DNA of 13,022 bases from Zygophlyctis sp. KS116. Taxonomy: Eukaryota > Fungi > Chytridiomycota. Below the pieces are notes generated by a model. The model did no database searches, was not told the DNA's origin, and saw nothing but the letters and a program-made list of their open reading frames with translations. The stretch is taken from positions 1 through 13,022 of the forward strand of contig BAAFSQ010000282.1 in NCBI GenBank assembly GCA_054661495.1. Direction: 5' to 3'. A program made the position numbers and the translations under genes. This document shows, piece after piece, positions 1 through 9,825 of the stretch (position 1 is the first letter of the stretch; the number at the start of each line of letters is the position of its first letter).

Positions 1-137
1 TGTTCTTGTAAATGCAGCATCGGTTTACTATCCTGTCTAAAATAAAGTAAAGGAGCAATCAGGCCCATCATGACCAACAGTGCTGTCGCAATCAAAAGTA
101 TTGAATAGAGTTTTGGAGATTGTTTGATACATAGCAT
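1..137 (-). CDS. 5' end of a gene running off the left edge; N-terminal signal-anchor (type II membrane-like) protein
   Basis: ATG at 137 opens MLCIKQSPKLYSILLIATALLVMMGLIAPLLYFRQDSKPMLHLQE with no stop before the edge. A short basic N-terminus is followed by about 22 hydrophobic residues. Divergent from DDI1 across 122 nt. Confidence 0.65.
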   Translation of the reverse strand, partial: MLCIKQSPKLYSILLIATALLVMMGLIAPLLYFRQDSKPMLHLQE

Positions 138-259
138 TTGTGATGACAGTTATTTATTTTTAAGGAAGCGCTATTAATAGCATGAATCTAACAAGAGTCT
201 ATAAATAGATTTATGCTACAGTTGAAATACAGTCTTCACGCATTGCGTCATCGGACCAC
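138..259. promoter_or_regulatory. Probable bidirectional promoter (left-edge gene / DDI1)
   Basis: 122 nt between divergent ATGs. Contains TATAAA near 199 and the palindrome ACGCATTGCGT at 238-248. Confidence 0.5.
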
Positions 260-1253
260 ATGAAAATTTCGGCAGTCAACGACGCTGGCTCCTTGTTTTT
301 CGTTCAGGTTGACGATGGAAATATTAATAGTCTCAAGAATGGCTTAGCGTCTCTCATGGGAATTCCTGCATCGGATCAAATGCTTTTGTTGAATGGTCAG
401 GAACTAACGACAATTTCCCATCTAACTGAAAATGATTTGGTATTGGTTCGGCAAAAGCAAATTACTGCAATGCAAAGGCAGTCTGGAACTGTAATTATAT
501 TTTGTAATATTTTAGAACTATCCTGGAATGTACTCTGACGCAAACTTGGATGTAGAGGCACAGAAGAGAATAGAAGAAGAAATTAAAAGATTAAATATCG
601 CTGAAAACTTATCTAATGCAATGGAATATAATCCCGAATCCTTTGGTAGAGTTGTAATGTTGTATATTCCTGTTAAAGTAAATGGTGTTGCAATTAAGGC
701 GTTTGTTGATTCTGGAGCTCAAGCTACAATTATCTCGCCTTCATTGGCTACAAAATGTGGTATAATGCATTTATTAGATGAAAGATTTTCTGGAATTGCA
801 AGAGGAGTTGGTACTGCAAAGATTTTGGGTCGGATACATTCTGCACCCATTAAAGTTGGAAATTTGTTTTTGCCGTGTTCTTTTACTGTCATGGAGAATA
901 GGGGTGTAGAGTTTTTATTTGGATTAGATATGTTGAGAAGACATCAAGCTGTTATAGATTTAAGTCAAAATATTTTACAGATTGGGGATGATAAAGTTGA
1001 ATTTTTGCCAGAACATGAAATTCCAAATTCAGATTTATTTCAAGAGTCTTCTAATCAGGATGATCAAAATGGACTAAATTCTTCAGCTCAAAATACAGTT
1101 ACGTTACCAAGTCCTTCTCATAATCGTGACTCATATTCAGAGACAAGTATTAATTCATTAATGGGATTTGGGATTTCCAGAAAAGAGGCTATACAAGCTT
1201 TAGATGCATGTGGAGGTAATGTTGATTTAGCAGCAAGTATGCTATTTAACTAA
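260..1253 (+). CDS. DDI1: DNA-damage-inducible protein 1 (UBL, retroviral-like aspartyl protease, UBA), about 322 aa
   Basis: Exons 260-490 and 516-1253. The 25-nt intron 491-515 (gtaattatattttgtaatattttag) joins ...QSGT to NYPGMYSD in frame. Motifs: PESFGRVVMLY, catalytic FVDSGAQATI, GIARGVGT, LFGLDMLRRHQ, and C-terminal UBA (LMGFGISRKEAIQALDACGGNVDLAASMLF). Confidence 0.96.
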
Positions 1254-1287
1254 TAAACTGAATTTATATATCAGAGCTATATCTTTT

Positions 1288-2896
1288 TTAACTAATAATT
1301 CCACCAGACAAGGTTTTAACAGTCACTGGAGATCCATTTACCTTAAATTCAACGTCCTTATACAATGCAACCAAATCAGATGAAATAGAAAAGTCTAGAG
1401 CACACTTTTCAAAGATTTTATGTTTGGGATTCAACACTGCCAATGGCTCATCGGATCCAAAACCTTCAAATTTCACTCTATCTCCGGGTTTGACGTCTGA
1501 TGGGGGATCAAGTAGCTCTACAAGAGTTTTATCTGAATTTGATGCAGCTAGAACCATTCCTTGTGATAAAACACCAGCGAATTTGGAAGGCTTCATGTTG
1601 CAAACCACCAATACAAACTTTCCGATAAAATCTTGTTTAGAAATATATTTGGAAAGTCCTGAGACAATTGTTCGAGGCTCGGGCTCACCTAGATCAATAG
1701 ATTCAATATAAAGGCCATCTTTTTCAGGATGATTATCAACAGTTAATACTTTTCCAACTCTAATATCCAATTTTGAAATTTCAGCAGCGATTTTTGGCTT
1801 TGGAGGAGGGTAAGCCTCATTAGTAAGCTTGATCAACTCTGGATCAGTCGCAAAATCTTTACGAATTGGTTCCAACAAATCGTTCAAAGCTTTCGCTGCT
1901 CCTAATTTCAAGTCCAGCGGATATAATGATTTTGAAGCAAATGCACTTTCTAACTCATCGTATGTTTCAAAAGATATGGGTCCTCCGTGCTTATCTGGAC
2001 GTGGAATAATAAATTTGTAATTTGAATTTGTCAATGAGTTTACGGGGAAAATAACAATCTTTTGTAAAATAAAATTTTTAAATTTACCTTTACAAACGCC
2101 AAAATAGGATTTTCTGTAATATTTCCTTCTTCGCAAAACGCCTTTTTAATTTTAGCTGAAACAGTTGATTCCGAGTCTAATAAATCAACTTTAGAATCAG
2201 CATCTGAAGAAGACATTTTACTTCCCGATAATCCCCCAACCATAAAATTCATCAAATGTGCTCTTTTTTTGTATCCTAAATGAGGTAGATACTTTTCAGC
2301 AAATGTAAATATTTTCCTTTGATCGACACCTCCAAATTGTGCATCAACCCCCAAATATTCTTCATCTAAAGCTTGCAGTAATGGATACACTAACCCAGAC
2401 AATAATGGAGAATCAACTTGTTTTACTACTTCAGCCCCAGCCTTTTTAGCATCATGTTCCGTTGTAATTGCTAATAAACGATAAACATCCAAATTATATT
2501 CCTTTGAAAGTTGAAAGCTTGTTCCAATCACAAACTTTAATTTATCAATTGGAACACCTATAGACTTTAACATTGATTTGATCACTGCTTGATAATATTT
2601 TGTTCGCAGTGCCAGTAATTCCCATGGCGCCTTCATATTATCTAGATAAGCATGCAAATCAGCAAATAGAATTGTAACGGTACAACCGGCAGTTAGAAAA
2701 TCAGCGATTTTAGTCATTGGGACAAAGTATCCAATATGAGGTTTCCCAGTCGTTGCCGTTCCCCAATAAATATTCAGATCCCTTTCGGAAAGAATAGTTT
2801 TCATGGATGCTGTTCCTAAAACCTCTTGTAAATTCCTCGTAATTAATAATAATCTATTCCATTAACCAAAAAACCATACTTTTCATCTGCATTCAT
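1288..2896 (-). CDS. TYS1: Cytoplasmic tyrosyl-tRNA synthetase with C-terminal EMAP II-like/tRNA-binding OB domain, about 517 aa
   Basis: Exons 2896-2880, 2853-2088, 2058-1288; introns 2879-2854 (26 nt) and 2087-2059 (29 nt). Spliced N-terminus is [19 protein letters not shown]. Motifs: [44 protein letters not shown]-domain: LDIRVGKV...[15 protein letters not shown]...[21 protein letters not shown]. Confidence 0.97.
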
Positions 2897-3115
2897 CCTG
2901 TAAAAAAAGACAACCTAAACTTTAGCATTATGACTGCCCATCATGGCACTACAGTCCTTTTGGATTCCGTTATTTGTGAATTTAAGCATTGTGGACCAAA
3001 GCTCCAAGGTCTCATCTATGAATCTTATAATGCAGCTGATCTAATGAGCTGATCTCAACGCCAAGCGCCACTTAGATTCCACGTTCAGAAGCTTTCTGTT
3101 TGTTTAAAAAGATAA
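2897..3115. promoter_or_regulatory. Probable bidirectional promoter (TYS1 / RTC3)
   Basis: 219 nt between divergent ATGs. Direct repeat AGCTGATCT at 3034-3042 and 3047-3055. Confidence 0.55.
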
Positions 3116-3506
3116 ATGACAAAGATCAAGAAGACAGTGACTCCAGTCTCTCCATCTCTTCCTAGCAAAACTGTTAGGATCTTCTATTCTGATAAGCAAA
3201 AGGGGCATGATCAATTCTTTGTGTATGCTCATGAGGATATGATCAAGAAATGGAAAGAAGGTATTGACTCTATTGCTAATGCAAGATAAATCAATTCCAT
3301 TAGTAGATGTAGTTGATAGTTTTGATGTCTTTGATGTCGCCAACGGTGGAGCATCGGGTAAAGCGTTGCGTCCGACTCACTCTGCGCTCTCAAATACTTT
3401 TGGTACTTCAGATGTTAATCACATCATACCAAAAATTCTTGAATCAGGAAAAATCTTGAATATCACTGCTAAAGGACGGAATGATGTTGGCAAGGAATTG
3501 ATTTAA
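3116..3506 (+). CDS. RTC3: Single-domain SBDS N-terminal (FYSH) fold protein, Rtc3/YHR087W-like, about 121 aa
   Basis: Exons 3116-3260 and 3286-3506; 25-nt intron 3261-3285 (gtattgactctattgctaatgcaag). Spliced protein has FFVYA...KKWKEDKSIPLVDVVDSFDVF...GASG...LSNTFGTSDVNHIIPKILESG, the fungal Rtc3/SBDS-domain pattern. Confidence 0.85.
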
Positions 3507-6484
3507 GATTTGTCTTCTAATAACTTTGAGATTCGAGACCAATCCGATCGCATTTGTAAATATGGTTTAAGTAGTCTAAATTCCACTCTGCTTAAAACTC
3601 CATCCTCTACAATTGTGCGTACATTTTCTGGTTTGACAATGAAGAGAGATCCAATTTCACGAAGTAGATCAAATCGCTCCACTAATGATGATATTCCTAA
3701 CAGTGACATGCTTTCATTGTATTTCTGAATATCTTTTGTAATGATAACAGCACCAACTTGATTAGTTGGAAATTTTTGGAAATGGTCAAGAATCAATCGA
3801 GAAAAACTGACACCAATTTCTGAAAGAAAAATATTGCGATTTTGCTGATCAAAGGATGACTCGGTGACAGATTTAAGCAGATTTATAAATTCAATTATAC
3901 TGGCACATGTCTATGGTTAAATCTTGAGTTTTTACAGGAGTGTAGCTGATTTCTAAATTTGGGAGGTCTTCTTTTGGTTTGAAATCAGATTTCTTTTGTT
4001 TAGATAAAAGACTTTCCAACTTTTTTGTAACAACTATCCAGAATTATACTACTTTACTAATCTTACAAAAGACTGTTTTAATAAGAATAGAATTTAATTT
4101 TGATTCCATTGATGAAATAAGTTCATTCTTGTAAAACAATACATCACGGAGTACTGATTTAGAATGCTTAATGACAGGAACCTTTGAAATTTAGAAACTA
4201 TTAATACCACGCAATGTTGAATATGAACATGAAGGAGAGTAACTACATGCTGAACTATCTTGACAATAGGGAAATATCTAAAATTCGGTTCTGATTTGGC
4301 ATCTGTAGTTTCGAGTTCATCCATTATCCTATTTTAAGAAAACTTTAGCATACATATCTAGCATCAGATTTATATATTCGCTGCCTGATGTATTTGCTAA
4401 TAAAATAAATAATGATCCAACATGGCGAGCTCTGAATTTAAGCAATAAATAGATTACATTAAAGAGGGATGGCATAATTCTTTGCATCTGTTTACTGCAT
4501 CAAAATGAATTTTTAGCATTGTAACGATTGAGTTAATCTCGACTGGGAATCCAGAGGATGCTTGTGCTTTTACTTGTTTATCAGGCTGACTGATTATAGT
4601 CATCATTTCATTTACAGTAAGATTAGTCAAAGCTTCCCTCGTTGAAATTAATGACACCGTTCCGTTTTTGTTTCTCTTATACAATTTGCTATGATTTGTG
4701 TGTAATTCAGTGAAGGAATGCAAAATACTCTTAAAAGAGTCGGCCATTTGAGCATGTTCGACTTTGATATAGCGATCCCCTTCCAAATATGGAATAAACA
4801 AATCTTCAAGAGAATGATCGAGAACAAGGGTCAGTGATGCCTTTTTTGTTGTGTTTGCTATTGTCACCTCATCAAACTTGTGCAGTGATGTCACGAGAGA
4901 CTTTGTTTCAGAATGAAGGGTCTTTAAGGTAACCAAATAATCAAGATTTGAATGCTTTCTGGAGTTTTCAATTATCGTCTCTAAGGAAATTTGGACCTGT
5001 ATTAAGTTTTATCTTTATAAATTACCGATTGCGCGAAAATCCGCTGGATAAGCTGCTGCATTACATATATTGGATTAGGGAAAACTAATGAAATAATATC
5101 CCACTCTGATGCACAGCATTTCTGTATATCTTCATACAATTTTTTGATAGTCTCAGGAACTATAGAGGGGTCATACATCAGTGATCTACTTTTAGAAAAG
5201 GAAAAAATGAATACCCAGAGCCTTCTTCGGCAATCATCGATTCTTCCATCACCCTATTAGTAAAAAAGTCATTCTGGTTCAAATAAGTTTGTATGCAAGA
5301 ATTTCCACCATTAAAGTCGAACAGAACATTCGCATATCTCTAAGCACATCAGTTATATAAACTTTACATTCATCGTATCAAAATCTTTATCGGTCCGAGC
5401 TTGGTCAAACTTTGATAGAAACTCTGTTTCAAAAGCTTCACAATACTTTTCAACATTGATTTTAGCCTATACAATGAATTATAAAAAATAATACGCCTTC
5501 CATTCCCACAATATCTATTTCTTTGGATAAGTTCATAAGTCTTCGAGCTATAACTGCGCTCTAAGATAAATAAATTTATAAAACCTTTCTTTCATTTTCA
5601 ACCCCAGAAGTCTTTAATTCATCAAGTCTTTCTGTCTTTGCATCCTTAAATTCAGTAAAAAATTGTATTAAATCTCTTGCATCTGTCGCCCTAGATCTCT
5701 GGAGATCTATTGTCTCTAATTGATCACCTGAACATCAGAGACGCCAAATAACTTACCAATTTGTATGGCCGTTTTAGCAACAGAACTTAACTGCTTCTCT
5801 ATTGAATAAAATGATGTTTTAAGACCCTTCAAAATATTAGTTGATGTAAACATACGGTAAAAGTTTGTCTTATGTCTTCAAGCTTTTTTCTTCTACCTAT
5901 TTCGGTTGCATTAAATGCATCTTCTTGATCTTCAATCTTTTTTCGAACCTTTTTCTTAATCTTGAGAAGTTCTTCTGTAATTGCTTCAAATGATGATAGC
6001 AGTGGCTTTGGATCAAATTCTAGACTATGGAAATAATTCTAGTTACCTGGATCATTCTTAACTTCAGAGCGAGCGTGAATCTTTTCAACAAACTTTTGAG
6101 CATCATAATTATCCTGAGATCAACAAAGCAGAAATATACCTTGAAATAGTCAGCATTAACCGTATCTTTATAATTAAAGTCTGACTTTGGACGAAATGGT
6201 AACATTTCGTTATTAGTATTGTCAAATCTATCAATCTCCTCCCTTGACATATTTGGAATATTTAGTCTCTGATTTGCAACTTTATTTTCTTTGTTTTTTG
6301 ATACAGGAACCTTAAATGCGTCGCTTACATTCATCGCAACAGATGCCGCCCAGTGTCCGGAACTCTCAACAACCGTCACATCAACTGAACGCGGACTCTC
6401 TTTCTTTGTTAATTCACCATTATCTGCAGCAACCACTTGTGCGAGTTTTCCCCAAAGCTTTGATTTTTTTGGTGAAGTTTCCAT
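3503..6484 (-). CDS. SEC10: Exocyst complex subunit Sec10/EXOC5, about 866 aa, 15 exons
   Basis: Introns on the minus strand: 6139-6114, 6046-6020, 5855-5827, 5756-5728, 5584-5561, 5494-5467, 5367-5340, 5214-5189, 5025-4997, 4457-4432, 4353-4329, 4207-4182, 4066-4034, 3935-3911. The exons sum to 2601 nt in one open frame. Motifs: FDPKPLL, IGDQLETID, LFDFNGGNSCIQ, VFPNPIYVMQQLIQRIFAQ, KQKKSDFKPK, FDLLREIGSLFIVKPEN, YLQMRSDW. The true start is taken as ATG 6484; the ORF track's 6520 is a TTG. Confidence 0.93.
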
Positions 6485-6648
6485 GATTACAAACGTTGAT
6501 GAAGTTCGCGTCTTCGGCAAATTCCAATGTTCAGTGATCGGTTTTTGGCAATTTTAAATAGATTATGATTTAAATTTAGAATTGAACAATATATGAGATC
6601 CATGCATAAGATCTAATCATCATTCATTGTAACCGTTTGTTTTGTACA
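6485..6648. promoter_or_regulatory. Probable bidirectional promoter (SEC10 / LRRC71)
   Basis: 164 nt between divergent start codons, with an AT-rich core. Confidence 0.55.
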
Positions 6649-8340
6649 ATGGCGGAAATTTATGGGACTAGTAAATTCCCGTTTTCATCATGGAAGATCC
6701 AATTGAAAGGAATTATGAATATTCAGGAATTTTTGAGAGTGATTATCTGGAAGGATGTAGATCGCAATCCATTTCACCGTTTCTTTTATCAAGAATTGAG
6801 CCAATAGATCTATCAAAGACTATATCAAATTCCAAACTTCCGCTAGTCAAAAAAAATGACTCTGGAGATGCAACTATATCACCAGAACTTGTCAATTCAA
6901 GAATCTCGTCTAATGATTCCAAATTTAGATTTACAAGAAAGATAAACGTTATCACAAGCGAAGATGAAGTTGTCGGAATACAAGTAAGAGGCTGGCAGAT
7001 CGCATTGCCAATGACTGATATTTTGGTTAATTCTATTTTGGCAAGCTCTACTATTACAGTGTTATGGTGAGAAATCCAATTAGTTTAATTAAAGTCTATG
7101 GAATTGTGGTTTAAATGATTCGCAGGCTAATATTCTATCACAATTGGCCAATTCTTCTAATATTAGAGAGCTGATGATTGATCAAAACCCAGGGATCTCT
7201 GATATTCTCTTTGCCGGCTTCATTGGCGAAGACTCTAATATCAAAACCCTGAGTGTCCGATCTAATGATATCGGGGATGGAGGGGCAAAAGCAATTGCGA
7301 CTGCATTGAAACTTAATAGATCGCTTTCAATATTGAACTTGTGGGATAATCGTATCGGGCGAGATGGAGCAGAAGCACTTGCAGATGTAAATTTGAGAGA
7401 ATTAACCGAAGGGGCTAATAGGCAATCAATCTCTGTTTTCACTCTCGTTGGGAAAGAATCATATAGATGATGCTGCCGTGATTTCATTTGGAAAAGTATT
7501 TTAAATTGTTAATATTAGATATTATCAAATCAGATATTATCTATAGAAGAATTACAAATCAGAAGAAAAGTTGTAGCAGAATGGGAAAAACGGCGTGAAC
7601 TTGAAGATGTAATTATTGTTTGATTTCCTTACTTGAAAGAAACAGAAAAAGGGGATATCTCCTGTAGTCAAGCCTGTTGGAAAAGGCGCGAAGCAAGATG
7701 ATCCTAAAGATTCCAAGAAAACTCCTGCTGCTTCAGCAAAGGGAGTTAAGAAACCCGATGCACAAAAAACTCCAAATCAGAAACCACCAAACAGTCCAGA
7801 AAAAAAATCTACCATTGATGAAAAATCCAAAGGAAAGGATTCTATCAAAAAGAATAGTTCTGCGCCTGCTGCAAAAGGTGGAAGAAAGCAATCAGTAGTT
7901 GAAGACGCTGATGGATTAGCAACTGGAGTTTTCTCTCCAGAGCCTCAGCCGTATGCAGAGGAGCCAATGTATGAAATCAATGGCCAGTGGTATATCCTTG
8001 GAAATCGCAGTATCAATAACTTGGACTTGTCATCCAATGAAATTACTGAAACCGGTTTGAATGCTTTATTAGAAGCGATTAGTATTCAAGAGATTACTAA
8101 TGAAGTTGCATCTTCGTCTGATGGATTGATTGGATTGTATAAGCTATCACTCTATGTAAATACCGTATTTTATTAATCATTTAGCTTAATAAATTTGAAA
8201 CAGATCACCCAAAATTAACTGCACTGAATCACTTGCTGAACAAAAAAAATCCATACTATGCAGAAGATGAATTCATGACTGAAAATTCAAGATTAAGTGA
8301 AGTCTCTACAGGAGACAGACTAAAAGATTCCATAGCTTAA
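6649..8340 (+). CDS. LRRC71: RNI-type leucine-rich repeat protein, LRRC71-like (cilium/flagellum associated), about 509 aa
   Basis: Introns 6671-6696, 7067-7094, 7387-7411, 7496-7518, 7609-7639, 8156-8184; exons total 1530 nt in frame. Recognisable blocks: YEYSGIFESDYLEGC, IQVRGW, LCLWNCGLND, LSVRSNDIGDGGAKAIATAL, LNLWDNRIG, a Lys-rich insert, GNRSINNLDLSSNEITETGL and GLYKLSL. These match the LRRC71 architecture as I recall it. Confidence 0.8.
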
Positions 8341-8345
8341 TGAAT

Positions 8346-9825
8346 TTACGATAAGAGATTCAAGATATATTTCCGCAAGCAATCTTTAAAACGCCCATTT
8401 TCACTACTTGTAATATAAACTTCTTTTTTTAGCCCAGTCCCTTGATCTTCTATAATGATACAATCCATTCCTACTGTAATTCGCAGGTTAATAGGCTGAT
8501 TCAGATTTGTGAATTTAAGCAATTCAAGCTCTATAGAAAAGGATTGATTCAAGGATCCATGAACAGTACAGTGATTCGTAAATCTTTGAAATTCGTAAAC
8601 TACAAACCACAGACAAATTCGTCCAACTTCTCTCATCAAGAGAGTATGTAAATTCAACAATGAACACGGCCATACAATATCTTGAGCCTCTAAAGTCAGC
8701 GTATCACCCTCGGAATCACAAATAACAGAAATATTCCACCTAACATTTAGAAAAATCAAATACCTAGAAAAAAAAGTTACCGACCATTTTGTAGTATATT
8801 GAGCATAATCTACTTCAACAGAATACTCCAAAATTCTGTTAATTTTCTTAAAAAAAGCATCCAAAATATGAAAAATCCTATTTTTTGTCCAATGATCAGC
8901 ATGCGCCTTTATCACTGGCAACATCAACAGAGATCTTCAATTAATTTCAAATAAATTACACAACAGAAGTTGAATCACTAGAAATTCCGCGATTTCTAAA
9001 ATTCCTCTTATATACCTCCAACATTCTATACCTCAACATAATCACTAAAATATTCAACCAGTTATCCTCTTCCAACTCCATATCTTGATTCCTAAAGTTT
9101 CCAACTTGTAAAAACTCAAATCCCATCAAAATCCAGTCATTTCCTTTTTTAAAATTTCTATACTTTTCTTCCAGATCCCCCTTTATCAATAATTCTGTAA
9201 TTTCCTTGTCTAAAACTCCAAAACTCGCATTTTCAATCTCTTTAAAGAGCCCTTGTTCTCTAGACTGTAAATCTGTAACTGAAGAAGAAGTCTTATTTTT
9301 CCATTTTAATTTAAGAGACTCTTCTACAACCATTTGAATTTCTAAATCTTTTCTAATTTCTATTTTAAAATCTAAACTTGATCCAATTTTCCCAAATCCA
9401 TAGTCTAACCAAAATCCTCTAGAGTTTTGTAAACTCCAATTCTGTAATTTTAAATTTCTAACCAAATCTATCCATTTCTCTTGTTCTTTACTAGACTTTT
9501 GATATTCCTGAATTTCTCTAGAGAATTTCTCGAGATTTTTGAGTAAAATATCTTGTTTTACATGTACTAATCTCTTTAAATTCCCTGATTCTGCCAAATC
9601 CATTGTAGATTGAGTAATTCGAAGTAAATCTCCCTTTACCGACTTTTCCAGCAAGTCCAAACAAAGATTTAATTCTTCTTTAGCAAAATAAACCAAATCT
9701 TTCCATGCATCTTGAGATTTTTGACTTGAATAAATGGAATGAGCCTTTACATGGCCTGAAACTTTCTCACTCTCTTCAAGATAATCATATTTAACCTCTT
9801 GTAGAGGATCTAGACTCAACTTCAT
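8346..9825 (-). CDS. MED17: Probable Mediator subunit 17 (Srb4/MED17), divergent, about 476-484 aa
   Basis: Exon 9825-8960, 25-nt intron 8959-8935 (gtaatttatttgaaattaattgaag), then 8934-8346 in frame. A possible extra in-frame 24-nt intron lies at 8763-8740. The motifs MKLSLD, AKEELNLCLDLL and EQEKWIDLVRNLKLQNWSL...LDYGFGKIGS resemble the Med17 W..L..LR..W...DYG...GS block. Confidence 0.65.

Noticed and set aside
700-940. Retroviral-type aspartyl protease as sign of a retroelement
   Set aside because: It is flanked by UBL and UBA domains, so it is the host gene DDI1. There are no RT, integrase or LTR sequences.
1424-2020. Plus-strand ORFs 1424-1711 and 1829-2020
   Set aside because: Antisense shadows of the TYS1 coding sequence with no recognisable motifs.
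2972-2988. 17-nt identity ATTTGTGAATTTAAGCA with 8505-8521, also resembling the 5' end of LSU rRNA (TGAATTTAAGCAT)
   Set aside because: An AT-rich match of borderline chance expectation in 13 kb. One copy is inside coding sequence, and there is no adjacent box D to make it a snoRNA guide.
2922-3044. Box C/D snoRNA candidate (ATTATGA ... CTGA with TTAG/CTAA ends)
   Set aside because: Box C lacks the G needed for the kink-turn G-A pair, and no convincing guide was identified.
3503-6484. Fragmented ORFs read as frameshifted pseudogenes or an alternative genetic code
   Set aside because: Every break is repaired by a 23-33 nt GT-AG segment that restores conserved protein sequence. TAA, TAG and TGA all serve as true stops.
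3104-8651. ORFs 3104-3343(-), 3510-3728(+), 6291-6557(+), 6743-6955(-), 7182-7487(-), 7677-7898(+), 8442-8651(+)
   Set aside because: Antisense or off-frame overlaps of RTC3, SEC10, LRRC71 and MED17. ORF 7677-7898 is the wrong frame of the Lys-rich LRRC71 exon.
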